Positions 1 through 8,941 of a DNA stretch of 64,000 nucleotides are shown here, piece after piece. The DNA comes from Candidatus Eiseniibacteriota bacterium (GTDB lineage Bacteria; Eisenbacteria; RBG-16-71-46), in the NCBI GenBank assembly GCA_963717505.1, contig OY970342.1, positions 416,001-480,000 on the forward strand, given 5' to 3'. The translations under genes were made by a program, and so were the position numbers. Numbering within the stretch: position 1 is the first letter of the stretch; each line of letters opens with the position of its first letter. The notes under the pieces are model-generated. The model did not search any database and had not been told where the DNA came from. It saw only the letters and a program-made list of their open reading frames with translations.

Positions 1-610
1 CCGTCGGCTTGGCGCGGACGATCTCGCGCACCAGCACCCGAGTGTTCTCGAGCAGCCGATCCTCGGTGAACGAGGCCTTGCCGACCGGAGCATGGATGTT
101 GGCGCCCTTGTCGACGCGGAACTCGATCTTGCCGGACTTGAGCTCGCGCACCGCCTTGGCGACGTCGAACGTCACCGTGCCGCTCTTGGGATTGGGCATC
201 AGGCCGCGCGGGCCCAGGACGCGCCCGAGCTTGCCGACCTCACCCATCATGTCGGGGGTGGCGACGATCGCGTCGATGTCCAGCCAGCCTTCCTGGATCT
301 TCTTCACGAATTCGTCCGCTCCGGCGAAGTCGGCGCCAGCCTCGCGCGCCTCGCGTTCCTTGTCGCCTTTGCACAGGACGAGCACGCGCAGGCTCTTCCC
401 GGTGCCGTGCGGCAGCACGACCGTCCCGCGCACCAGCTGATCCGAATGCCGAGGATCGACACCCAGGTGCGAGGAAATGACGATCGTTTCGTCGAACTTG
501 GCCCGGGCGGTTTCCTTGACCAGCTTGACCGCCTCGGCCAGGGACCGCACCGGCCCGGCGCGCCGCGCCAGCTCCGCCGCCGCGCGATAGCGCTTACCTT
601 GCTTCATCAT
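1..610 (-). CDS. rplA: 50S ribosomal protein L1 (3' end runs off window)
   Basis: Manual translation MMKQGKRY...[36 protein letters not shown]...[11 protein letters not shown]; GGAGG SD; follows rplK. Confidence 0.97.
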   Translation of the reverse strand, partial: MMKQGKRYRAAAELARRAGPVRSLAEAVKLVKETARAKFDETIVISSHLGVDPRHSDQLVRGTVVLPHGTGKSLRVLVLCKGDKEREAREAGADFAGADEFVKKIQEGWLDIDAIVATPDMMGEVGKLGRVLGPRGLMPNPKSGTVTFDVAKAVRELKSGKIEFRVDKGANIHAPVGKASFTEDRLLENTRVLVREIVRAKPT

Positions 611-616
611 TCCTCC

Positions 617-650
617 CGTGGTTCGAGCGTGGCGTTCCGCCACTCCCACG
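617..650 (-). promoter_or_regulatory. L1-binding autoregulatory mRNA leader
   Basis: Minus strand CGTGGGAG-tggcggaacgcca-cgCTCGAACCACG hairpin with GGGAG/GAA internal loop directly before the rplA SD; matches the known L1 leader shape. Confidence 0.75.
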
Positions 651-749
651 TCGTGGACGCGCGATCACCGCGCGCCCTGCGCTCCAGCAGTTCGCGACCC
701 ATCGCTCCGATGCGGCGGGCCTGCAACGGCTCCCGCCGAGAACCGGACG

Positions 750-950
750 TCAGGCGCCCTCGTCCTCGACCGCTTCCAACTCGGCCTCGGTGGCGTAGCC
801 TTCGTTCACCACCCAGTCGAGCGTGTCGAAGAAGTCGTTGATGCTCGCGCCTGGCGCTTTCGCGACCCGTTCGCGGACGATCTCGTAGATCTCCCGCGGA
901 GTCTTGCCGCGGAGCAGAACTTCAGCGTCTTCCTTGTCCAGACGAACCAT
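750..950 (-). CDS. Small acidic hypothetical protein (66 aa) between rplK and rplA
   Basis: [29 protein letters not shown]...AVEDEGA; AAGGA SD; GC3-biased codons; natural protein-like composition. Confidence 0.75.
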   Translation of the reverse strand: MVRLDKEDAEVLLRGKTPREIYEIVRERVAKAPGASINDFFDTLDWVVNEGYATEAELEAVEDEGA

Positions 951-966
951 CCGGTTCCTTCCCCCC

Positions 967-1392
967 TTAGCCCTCGACCTCGATTCCCATGCTGCGGGCC
1001 GTTCCCGCCACCATTCGCTCGGCCGCATCCAGCGTGGCCGAGTTGAGATCGGGAGCCTTGAGCTCGGCGATCTCGCGCACCTGTGCGCGAGACACCTTGC
1101 CCACCTTGTTCCGATTCGGTACGCCCGAGCCCTTGGCCAGGCCCGCCGCGCGCTTGAGCAGCACGGCGGCCGGGGGCGTCTTGGTGATGAACGTGAACGA
1201 ACGGTCGTTGTACACGGTGATGACGACCGGGATCACGAGCCCCGCCTGTTGCTGGGTTCGAGCGTTGAACTGCTTGCAGAACTCCATGATGTTGATGCCG
1301 TGCTGGCCGAGCGCCGGACCCACCGGCGGCGCCGGCGTCGCGTTGCCGGCGTTGCACTGCAGCTTGACCACCGCGGTAATCGGCTTCGCCAT
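967..1392 (-). CDS. rplK: 50S ribosomal protein L11
   Basis: [26 protein letters not shown]...GTARSMG. Confidence 0.99.
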   Translation of the reverse strand: MAKPITAVVKLQCNAGNATPAPPVGPALGQHGINIMEFCKQFNARTQQQAGLVIPVVITVYNDRSFTFITKTPPAAVLLKRAAGLAKGSGVPNRNKVGKVSRAQVREIAELKAPDLNSATLDAAERMVAGTARSMGIEVEG

Positions 1393-1419
1393 CGGAACGC
1401 CCCTCGCCTGAGCCGGTCG

Positions 1420-1980
1420 CTAGACCGGCTGCACCTGCAGGAAGTCGAGCTCCACCGGGGTCGCGCGCCCGAAGATGCTCACCATGACCTTGACCTTGCC
1501 GCGCTCGTTGTTGACTTCGTCCACCACGCCGTTGAAGGCGCTGAACGGTCCGTCGACCACCTTGACGTGATCGCCGACGCGGAACGTGACGGTCGGAACC
1601 GGTTTCGATCGGGTCTGTTCGATCTGACCCAGGATGCGGCGAACTTCGTTTTCCTTGAGCGCGATCGCGCTCTGACCCGATCCAATGAAGCGCGTCACGC
1701 CCGGCACGTTCTGCACCAGATGGCGCGTTTCGTTGTTCAGGTCCATTTCGATCATCACGTACGAAGGAAAGGTCTTGCGCTTGGAGGTCTTGCGCTTGCC
1801 GTCCTTCATCTCGACGTAGTCCTCGGTCGCCACCAGGATCTGGCCGAACATCTCCTGAAGTCCGGCGCTGGCGATCGCCTTCTCGAGGTTGGTCTTCACT
1901 TTGTTCTCGTGCCCCGAATAGGTGTGAATCACATACCACTTCTTTTCCATGGTCATTCCCGATGCGTCGCTCGTGCTCAT
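1420..1980 (-). CDS. nusG: Transcription termination/antitermination factor NusG
   Basis: [12 protein letters not shown]...DGPF...[14 protein letters not shown]; start either 1980 (ATGA overlap with secE) or 1950. Confidence 0.98.
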   Translation of the reverse strand: MSTSDASGMTMEKKWYVIHTYSGHENKVKTNLEKAIASAGLQEMFGQILVATEDYVEMKDGKRKTSKRKTFPSYVMIEMDLNNETRHLVQNVPGVTRFIGSGQSAIALKENEVRRILGQIEQTRSKPVPTVTFRVGDHVKVVDGPFSAFNGVVDEVNNERGKVKVMVSIFGRATPVELDFLQVQPV

Positions 1981-2165
1981 CGGAACAACAACTCGACGCC
2001 GCGGGACAGAACCTGGTCGACGATCCCGACGAACACCGCGACGATGATCACCGTCACGATGACGACGATCGTCGAATCGCGCAGCTCGTTCCGGGTCGGC
2101 CAGCTCACTTTCGTGGCCTCGACACGGACGTCCTTGACGAACTCTCTGATTCGATCGGTCACCAT
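1977..2165 (-). CDS. secE: Preprotein translocase subunit SecE
   Basis: [13 protein letters not shown] motif plus one TM helix; canonical position. Confidence 0.97.
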   Translation of the reverse strand: MVTDRIREFVKDVRVEATKVSWPTRNELRDSTIVVIVTVIIVAVFVGIVDQVLSRGVELLFR

Positions 2166-2229
2166 GCGTTTTCCTGACCCTCGACCCACCCATGGCCGGA
2201 CGCGCCACACCGGCGCTCCCGCCCGACAC

Positions 2230-2307
2230 TGGCAGGCCTGGAGGGATTTGAACCCCCGACTCCCGGTTTTGGAGACCGGTGCTCTAGCCAGACTGAGCTA
2301 CAGGCCT
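2230..2307 (-). tRNA. tRNA-Trp(CCA)
   Basis: AGGCCTGTAGCTCAG...CTCCAAA...GGTTCAAATCC...GCCA cloverleaf. Confidence 0.97.
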
Positions 2308-2367
2308 GCCTCGTCATTGCAGACCGCGGCTGCCGTCCGGTCTGCCCGGGCGCCGGCCTCGGTCCGG

Positions 2368-2517
2368 TCAGCGCGTCTCCTTGTGCGCGGTGTGCTTGCG
2401 GCACGCCGAGCAATACTTCTGGCTCTCCATCCGATCCGGATGCAGGCGCTTGTTCTTCTTCGTGATGTAGTTGCGGCGCTTGCAATCGTTGCAGGCGAGC
2501 ACAATCTGGTCGCGCAT
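2368..2517 (-). CDS. rpmG: 50S ribosomal protein L33 (Zn-ribbon type)
   Basis: Manual translation [49 protein letters not shown]. Confidence 0.97.
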   Translation of the reverse strand: MRDQIVLACNDCKRRNYITKKNKRLHPDRMESQKYCSACRKHTAHKETR

Positions 2518-2529
2518 GATTCCCCCGCG

Positions 2530-3729
<1,200 letters not shown>

Positions 3730-3837
3730 TGCTCAGGTCCCCTGATCGAAGTTGCGGTTTTGGAGCTCCTACACCTTCACGCTGCTGTGGCCGGCGGCCG
3801 TCCCTCACTCCTGCCGGGAACGGCGCGCCCGTGCAGG

Positions 3838-3913
3838 TGGAGCCCACGAGCGGAATCGAACCGCTGACCTTTTGCTTACCATGCAAATGCTCTACCGACT
3901 GAGCTACGTGGGC
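3838..3913 (-). tRNA. tRNA-Thr(GGT)
   Basis: GCCCACGTAGCTCAG...ATGGTAA...GGTTCGATTCC...TCCA. Confidence 0.96.
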
Positions 3914-4076
3914 TGACGACTGGCCAACCGGACGCGTCACCGTGGGATGAAACCGACGAGATGGGTGCGCCGCCCTGGAAACTCGCGACGTCGCTCAGCG
4001 TGAAGGAACAGAAGACGCACTACCCCGAGGCGACTTCCCTCGGTGGAAAGTCGTCGGGGATGCGCGTGAGCCGGGA

Positions 4077-4105
4077 AACATAGTGGCGCGAATCGCCTAT
4101 GTCAA
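4077..4105 (-). promoter_or_regulatory. Sigma70-type promoter for tRNA-Thr/tuf operon
   Basis: TTGACA-17 nt-TATGTT. Confidence 0.75.
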
Positions 4106-4264
4106 CGCGGAATCGGCAGTTTCGGGTCATTTCAGGTCACGGGCCGAGGCCCGGCCCAAGGCCCGACCGCTCTTGGTTGGCTCCGAATCCAGCAGCCGCC
4201 GAGAAGTCAGGTTTGTGCAAAACCTGCTGCTGGCGGGGCTAGGGACCGTGCGGCTTTGAGGAAA

Positions 4265-4340
4265 TGGAGCGGGAGACGGGACTCGAACCCGCGACATCCA
4301 GCTTGGAAGGCTAGAGCTCTACCAACTGAGCTACTCCCGC
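4265..4340 (-). tRNA. tRNA-Gly(TCC)
   Basis: GCGGGAGTAGCTCAG...CTTCCAA...GGTTCGAGTCC...TCCA. Confidence 0.97.
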
Positions 4341-4371
4341 CCGGGAACTACCGCAAAGACCCCAAACCGAA

Positions 4372-4456
4372 TGGTGGAGGGGGGAGGATTCGAACCTCCG
4401 AAGGCTACGCCGACAGATTTACAGTCTGTTCCCTTTGACCGCTCGGGAACCCCTCC
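4372..4456 (-). tRNA. tRNA-Tyr(GTA)
   Basis: GGAGGGGTTCCCGAG...CTGTAAA, long variable arm, ...ACCA. Confidence 0.97.
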
Positions 4457-4507
4457 AGAACCAAGCGCGCAGCGCGGGCCAGCCGCCCATCACCACACGG
4501 GGCAACG

Positions 4508-4580
4508 AGCTGGCGAAGGGACTCGAACCCCCAACCACCTCATTACAAATGAGATGCTCTACCAATTGAGCTACGCCAGC
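4508..4580 (-). tRNA. tRNA-Thr(TGT), CCA not encoded
   Basis: GCTGGCGTAGCTCAA...TTTGTAA...GGTTCGAGTCC...CCAGCT. Confidence 0.95.
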
Positions 4581-4606
4581 ACCGATCGAGCGCCGGACCG
4601 GAGCGA

Positions 4607-5083
4607 CTAGCCCGGGTACGGAGGAACCGCCAACGACCGAACGTGCTTCAACACGGCCTGGATCTCGGCCTCCGAGAGCACACTCTTCCACGCCGGCATG
4701 GCGCCCTTGCCCTCGTGAATCACCAGGAGCACCGCCTCGTCGGATAGCGCGTTCATGTAGGCGCCGTCCGTGTGATTCCGAGGCTTCGGATTGAGGCTCG
4801 CCGACGCGGGGCCATCTCCCTTGCCTTCCGGGCCATGACAAAGCGCACAGCGCTGCGAATAGATCTGGGCGCCATCGAGAACCACCGTCGTCGTACCGGT
4901 TTGGGTCGTCGTACCACCATCTGCGGGTTGGTTGGTCGCGTTGTCCGGCGCCGGCGTCGACTCGGACGAGCCACCGCCGCAACCAACCAGGACTGCGTGA
5001 CCGAGCGCCAGAGCGACGAACAACGCCGCCAGCGCGGACATCGGGCGGGCGCGAAACGCGCTTACAGCTGAAGGGGTTTTCAT
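4607..5083 (-). CDS. Monoheme cytochrome c (class I), probable lipoprotein
   Basis: CALCH heme motif, G..GDGP..ASLNPKPR, MPAW axial Met; hydrophobic signal ending LVGC. Confidence 0.92.
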   Translation of the reverse strand: MKTPSAVSAFRARPMSALAALFVALALGHAVLVGCGGGSSESTPAPDNATNQPADGGTTTQTGTTTVVLDGAQIYSQRCALCHGPEGKGDGPASASLNPKPRNHTDGAYMNALSDEAVLLVIHEGKGAMPAWKSVLSEAEIQAVLKHVRSLAVPPYPG

Positions 5084-5090
5084 GGGCGGC

Positions 5091-5120
5091 AACATAGCAT
5101 CGCCGTCCGATGGGCTTCAA
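5091..5120 (-). promoter_or_regulatory. Sigma70-type promoter, leaderless start at cytochrome c ATG
   Basis: TTGAAG-18 nt-TATGTT, then 7 nt, then ATG (5083); no SD. Confidence 0.55.
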
Positions 5121-5143
5121 CAGGGCGGGGGTGCCCAAAATCG

Positions 5144-5176
5144 AAAAGGCAGCCGAGGAATCTCTTCTCGACTGCC
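5144..5176 (-). terminator. Intrinsic terminator of putative sRNA
   Basis: GGCAGTCGAG-aagagattc-CTCGGCTGCC followed by TTTT. Confidence 0.8.
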
Positions 5177-5518
5177 TCTTCCCGAGAGTACAGGGAGTGA
5201 CCGGGATGAACCCCACTGTCCTCCCGGCTTCGTTGACCGGGCGTATTTAGTTTTGTGTGCAAACTACAAGCGAACGAACTGCTCCACTTCGAGAAGACTT
5301 TTCCTTGCTGCGCTCACCCCCCTTGGTTCACTTGCACCTAAGTGGGCCACGAGCCTCGGAGCTCATCGCTCCGACATCGAGCCGTCACGATCCGGGGGGG
5401 CCTGGACGATCGCTCCGCCGATGGAGGTGCCAACCTTGCGGTGCGAGGTCCAGGCTTCCGAGCCCCTCTTCCCCCTATGGGCAACCCCTGAACCGTGAAC
5501 TAAAACCCCGTATCCGGC
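5144..5518 (-). ncRNA. Putative sigma54-dependent structured sRNA (~370 nt)
   Basis: Bounded by -24/-12 promoter and terminator; no credible ORF; stems GCCTGGAC/GTCCAGGC, TCGGAGC/GCTCCGA, ACC-GCAA-GGT; SD-like purine tracts. Confidence 0.65.
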
Positions 5519-5527
5519 GGATGACTA

Positions 5528-5544
5528 AAGCACCCGCCGTGCCG
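5528..5544 (-). promoter_or_regulatory. Sigma54 -24/-12 promoter
   Basis: CGGCACGGCGGGTGCTT: GG-N10-GC with GGCACG. Confidence 0.75.
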
Positions 5545-5583
5545 AGTCCTTCACGTCGTCCAAACAAAACTGCGTTCTCTGCA

Positions 5584-5596
5584 CAACTCGTTGATA
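5584..5596 (-). promoter_or_regulatory. IHF binding site
   Basis: TATCAACGAGTTG is an exact match to WATCAANNNNTTR, between promoter and enhancer. Confidence 0.7.
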
Positions 5597-5664
5597 AGCA
5601 ACGCTATGCGTGCCGTGGAGCCGATCACCGAATGCCGCCGATTACGAGGGGTCGAGTGTTTCGT

Positions 5665-5682
5665 TGTTACGGGGAGGTAACA
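5665..5682. promoter_or_regulatory. Upstream activating sequence (bEBP enhancer)
   Basis: Perfect inverted repeat TGTTAC-N6-GTAACA about 150 bp upstream of predicted TSS; extra TGTTAC half-site at 5747-5752. Confidence 0.65.
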
Positions 5683-5851
5683 GCTTCGGGGGGCTCGTCC
5701 GAGGTGGCGGATGGCTTATCGATTGTGCGACAACGAATTGTAGGCTTGTTACCCGCGGGCAGGCGGAACCGCTCGAGGAAACGAAACCACGGAGCACCAC
5801 GAGCGTCAGGTTGTTGGCCGGAAAGAAGTCGCCGGTGGGGCCGCGAGCGCT

Positions 5852-8242
5852 CTAGTTCAGCTCGATGCCGAGCCGGCGCAGCCGCGCGTAGAGCGTCTTC
5901 CGGCTGACGCCCAGAATCTCGGCGGTGCGGCTCTTGTTGCCCGCGGCTTCGGCGAACGCGGAAAGAATGCGAGACCGCTCACTCTCGACCGGACGGCCGG
6001 TCGAATCGCCGGGCTCCAGGTATGCGAGCAAATCGAGGGCTTCGATCGCCTGATTGCCGGCGGACAGAGCCGCGACTCGCTTCATCACGTTCTCGAGTTC
6101 GCGAACGTTCCCGGGCCAGGCGTAGGACGCCAGAATGGCCTCGGCGCCCGACCCGAGGCGCGGCCCGTCGATGCCTCCGTAGAACGCGAGGAAATGCCGG
6201 GCGAGCGGGACGATATCCTCCCGCCTTTCGCGCAGTAACGGCACCTGGATTTCGATCTCGTTCAAACGGAAGAGAAGATCGCGGCGGAATGAAGCCTCGC
6301 CGCGCGAGCCACGTAGCTCGCGGTTGGTCGCCGAGATCACCCGCACGTCCGACCTGCGAACCTGCGTCTCGCCCAGCCGGATGTACTCGCCGCTCTCGAG
6401 GAAGCGGAGCAGCGTGACCTGGACGTCGTGCGGCAGCTCGCCCACTTCGTCCATGAACAGGGTGCCGCCATCGGCGGCTTCGACCAGCCCGATGCCTTCG
6501 GCGTGGGCGCCGGTGAATGCACCCTTCCGGTGTCCGAACAACTGCGAAAGGGCCAGGTCCGGTCGCAGTGCGCCGCAGTTCACCGCCAGGAACCGCCCGG
6601 TCTGCCGCGCCGAGAGCCCGTGGATCGTGCGCGCAATGAGCTCCTTCCCGGTGCCGGTTTCGCCGGTGATCAGGACGCTGAGCTCGGTGGCCGCGGCCCG
6701 CTGGGCCAAGGCTTCGACCCGGCGCATCCCCTGGGAACAGGCCACCATGCCGGGAGCACGATGGCGTCGGCCGTTGGTCGACACTGCCTCGATGGCTGGC
6801 GCTTCGCCCGCCTGAGCCTGGCGGCGCAATTCTTCTTCCGCCTGGTCCACCCAGTGGGTGGTGCCCAGGTCCGAGAACAATGCGACGGAGCGATAGAGCG
6901 CGCGCCGTCCCTCGTCGGTGTTCGGCGTGATGCGCCCCAGGTCGAGCAGGCTCCGGCCGAGTTCGAAACGCTCGTTGCACGCCGTCACCAGGTCGACGCA
7001 TCTGCGGGCGAAGTCCCGCGCCTCATCGCGACGGTCGCGGGCGCGGGCCAGCCAGGTACGCGCACGGAACGTCAGGGCATGCTCGAGCCGGTCTTCGATC
7101 CGATCCGCCAGACCCGCGGCACGCTCGCACGCGGCACCGGCCTCGTCGAGACGTCCGAGCTGAATCAGAACCTCGGCGCGCCGGCGCTCCAATTCGACGA
7201 CCAGATCACCTTCGCCGGCGATCCGCTCGGCCCGCGGCAGTGCTTCGTCGTAGCGGGCCAGTGCCGCCTCTGGCCGTCCGCGTTCGGCGTCGAGCTCGCC
7301 CAGGAACTCGAGCGCCAGGCACTCTTCCCGCTGCGCCGACTGCTCCCGTGAGCGACGCAGGGCGTCGAGCAGCCGCGTCTCGGACTCCACGAAGCGTTGG
7401 CGCAGCCGCGCGAGGTTGGCGAGTCCGATGTCGACCGCGGCCAGCCGGAGCTGGTCGCCGACCTGCTCGAACACCTGTCGCGCCTGCGAATAGCAGACTC
7501 CGGACTCGTTCCAGTCGCCGCGCTTCTGGTGAACGATTCCCAGGTGGAGCAGCGCGGTGCCGGTCTCGGCGAAACGTCCGGAGCGCCGCCGGATCTCGAG
7601 CGCACCGGTGAACTGCTGCACCGCCTGGTCCCATTCGCAGCGGTTCTTGTGGATCAGGCCGAGATTGCCGCGCACCACGGCACAGCTCAGCTCATCGCCG
7701 GCGCGCGTGTGGAATGCGAGGGCTTGCTCGTAGTTGGAACGGGCCGTGTCGAGGTCGCCTTCGCGATAGGCAACCCGACCCAGGAGGTTGAGCGCCTGCC
7801 CCATGAGCGTGAAGTCCGCTGCCTTCTGAGAACGCTCGAGGCCAGCCCGAGAAGCGTCGGCAGCCTCGGGTAGCCGGGACAGCCGGAACAGGGCCTCGGC
7901 CACCAGGAGGTGCAGGCGGCCGCGGGTTGCGAACGAGCCGATCGCCGGCTCGTCCCTCAAGGCCTCGCGACCATGCGCGAGTGCCCCTTGGGCGTTGCCC
8001 TGTGCGAGTCGGCAGGTAATCGCCTTGCAATCGAGGATCGCCCGGCGCGCAGCCGACAGCCCACGCGCCTCCGGCAACTGGAGCAGACGATCGATCGTCT
8101 CCAGGGCGGGCACGTAACTGTCCGCCTGCAGGTACAGATCGACCAGCATGCTCAAGTCCGCGACGCGCCCATCAGTGCGCGGCGCCTCGAACGCGAGCCG
8201 CTCCTCGAGCGATACAATGCGATCGTGGTCGTATCCCGGCAC
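5852..8242 (-). CDS. TPR-domain sigma54 enhancer-binding protein (TPR array, AAA+, Fis-type HTH)
   Basis: ~480 aa of TPR-like helical repeats (LNLLGRVAYREGD, NLGLIHKNRCEW, LGIVHQKRGDW); GETGTGKE, SQLFGHRKGAFTGA, FMDE, WPGNVREL, NKSRTAEILGVSRKTLY. Confidence 0.95.
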   Translation of the reverse strand: MPGYDHDRIVSLEERLAFEAPRTDGRVADLSMLVDLYLQADSYVPALETIDRLLQLPEARGLSAARRAILDCKAITCRLAQGNAQGALAHGREALRDEPAIGSFATRGRLHLLVAEALFRLSRLPEAADASRAGLERSQKAADFTLMGQALNLLGRVAYREGDLDTARSNYEQALAFHTRAGDELSCAVVRGNLGLIHKNRCEWDQAVQQFTGALEIRRRSGRFAETGTALLHLGIVHQKRGDWNESGVCYSQARQVFEQVGDQLRLAAVDIGLANLARLRQRFVESETRLLDALRRSREQSAQREECLALEFLGELDAERGRPEAALARYDEALPRAERIAGEGDLVVELERRRAEVLIQLGRLDEAGAACERAAGLADRIEDRLEHALTFRARTWLARARDRRDEARDFARRCVDLVTACNERFELGRSLLDLGRITPNTDEGRRALYRSVALFSDLGTTHWVDQAEEELRRQAQAGEAPAIEAVSTNGRRHRAPGMVACSQGMRRVEALAQRAAATELSVLITGETGTGKELIARTIHGLSARQTGRFLAVNCGALRPDLALSQLFGHRKGAFTGAHAEGIGLVEAADGGTLFMDEVGELPHDVQVTLLRFLESGEYIRLGETQVRRSDVRVISATNRELRGSRGEASFRRDLLFRLNEIEIQVPLLRERREDIVPLARHFLAFYGGIDGPRLGSGAEAILASYAWPGNVRELENVMKRVAALSAGNQAIEALDLLAYLEPGDSTGRPVESERSRILSAFAEAAGNKSRTAEILGVSRKTLYARLRRLGIELN

Positions 8243-8283
8243 AACGGTCTCCGGTCAACGCTGACTACGTCGATGGATTCGGC

Positions 8284-8628
8284 TTACAGCTGGAGCCAAA
8301 GCCCTCGCTGCCACAGCCGAATCAGGTACAAACGCCACATCCCAAAGCTCTGAGCCAGCGAATCGTCACCCGCGATTCCCGAACCCAGATGCTGCGATCC
8401 GATCGCCACCCGCCCCTGGTTGACCTTGCTGGACTTGCCCGAGCCTTCGGGCTGGTCCGGATCACCCAAGCCGTTTCCGCCTCCCGCACCTGGATCGTCG
8501 TACGTGATCCCTTGGAACGGGTCGGCTGAAACGTGTGCGGGTGCCGCGGCACAGACAACCAGTGCCGCGAGCAGCGTCAGGATGATGGCTCCCCGCCTAT
8601 TCGTTTTGAACCAGGACATGAAACCCAT
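8284..8628 (-). CDS. Small secreted protein / putative signalling-peptide precursor
   Basis: Sec signal (TNRR-GAIILTLLAALVVCAAAPAHVSA), Gly/Asp/Pro-rich core with DDP..GDPDQP, aromatic amphipathic C-terminal helix; 41 nt upstream of bEBP; start 8628 or 8619. Confidence 0.75.
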   Translation of the reverse strand: MGFMSWFKTNRRGAIILTLLAALVVCAAAPAHVSADPFQGITYDDPGAGGGNGLGDPDQPEGSGKSSKVNQGRVAIGSQHLGSGIAGDDSLAQSFGMWRLYLIRLWQRGLWLQL

Positions 8629-8778
8629 CCTCACTTCCCAGAACGACACCGCGGCCGACATTCAGCCGCATGGTCAAATGCGAATGCCCCTGCGACACGA
8701 CCGGCCTGCGGACGGAATACTGGATACGGGGTGACCGCAAGCCACCGGGTCTGAACAGGGGGGATCCGCTCGAAAACG

Positions 8779-8807
8779 AGGCTAGACCCGTGACTGCGGT
8801 ACGTCAA
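8779..8807 (-). promoter_or_regulatory. Sigma70-type promoter for secreted protein-bEBP operon
   Basis: TTGACG-17 nt-TAGCCT with upstream T-tract. Confidence 0.65.
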
Positions 8808-8941
8808 GAAAAAGGAAGGCCGCCCGGACTGGTTCCAGCCCAGGGACCTTGGCGCCGGCGCCGAGTGGGAATGGACCGGGCTCATCCCTGACAACTCCTT
8901 GACGAAACCGCTTGGGGGTCCTATCAGTCCGTCAGGAGCAT

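Noticed and set aside
5332-5349. TGGCCCACTTAGGTGCA as a sigma54 promoter
   Set aside because: GG-to-GC spacing is 11 rather than the required 10
5144-5518. Putative sRNA as RNase P RNA or tmRNA (similar length; contains AAGGAAAAGTC)
   Set aside because: Lacks the GAGGAAAGUCC / ACAGAAnnCGGC P4 halves and has no tRNA-like T-arm or CCA end
8899-8927. TTGACG-17-TATCAG antisense promoter into cysS
   Set aside because: -10 lacks the conserved final T and no downstream feature supports it
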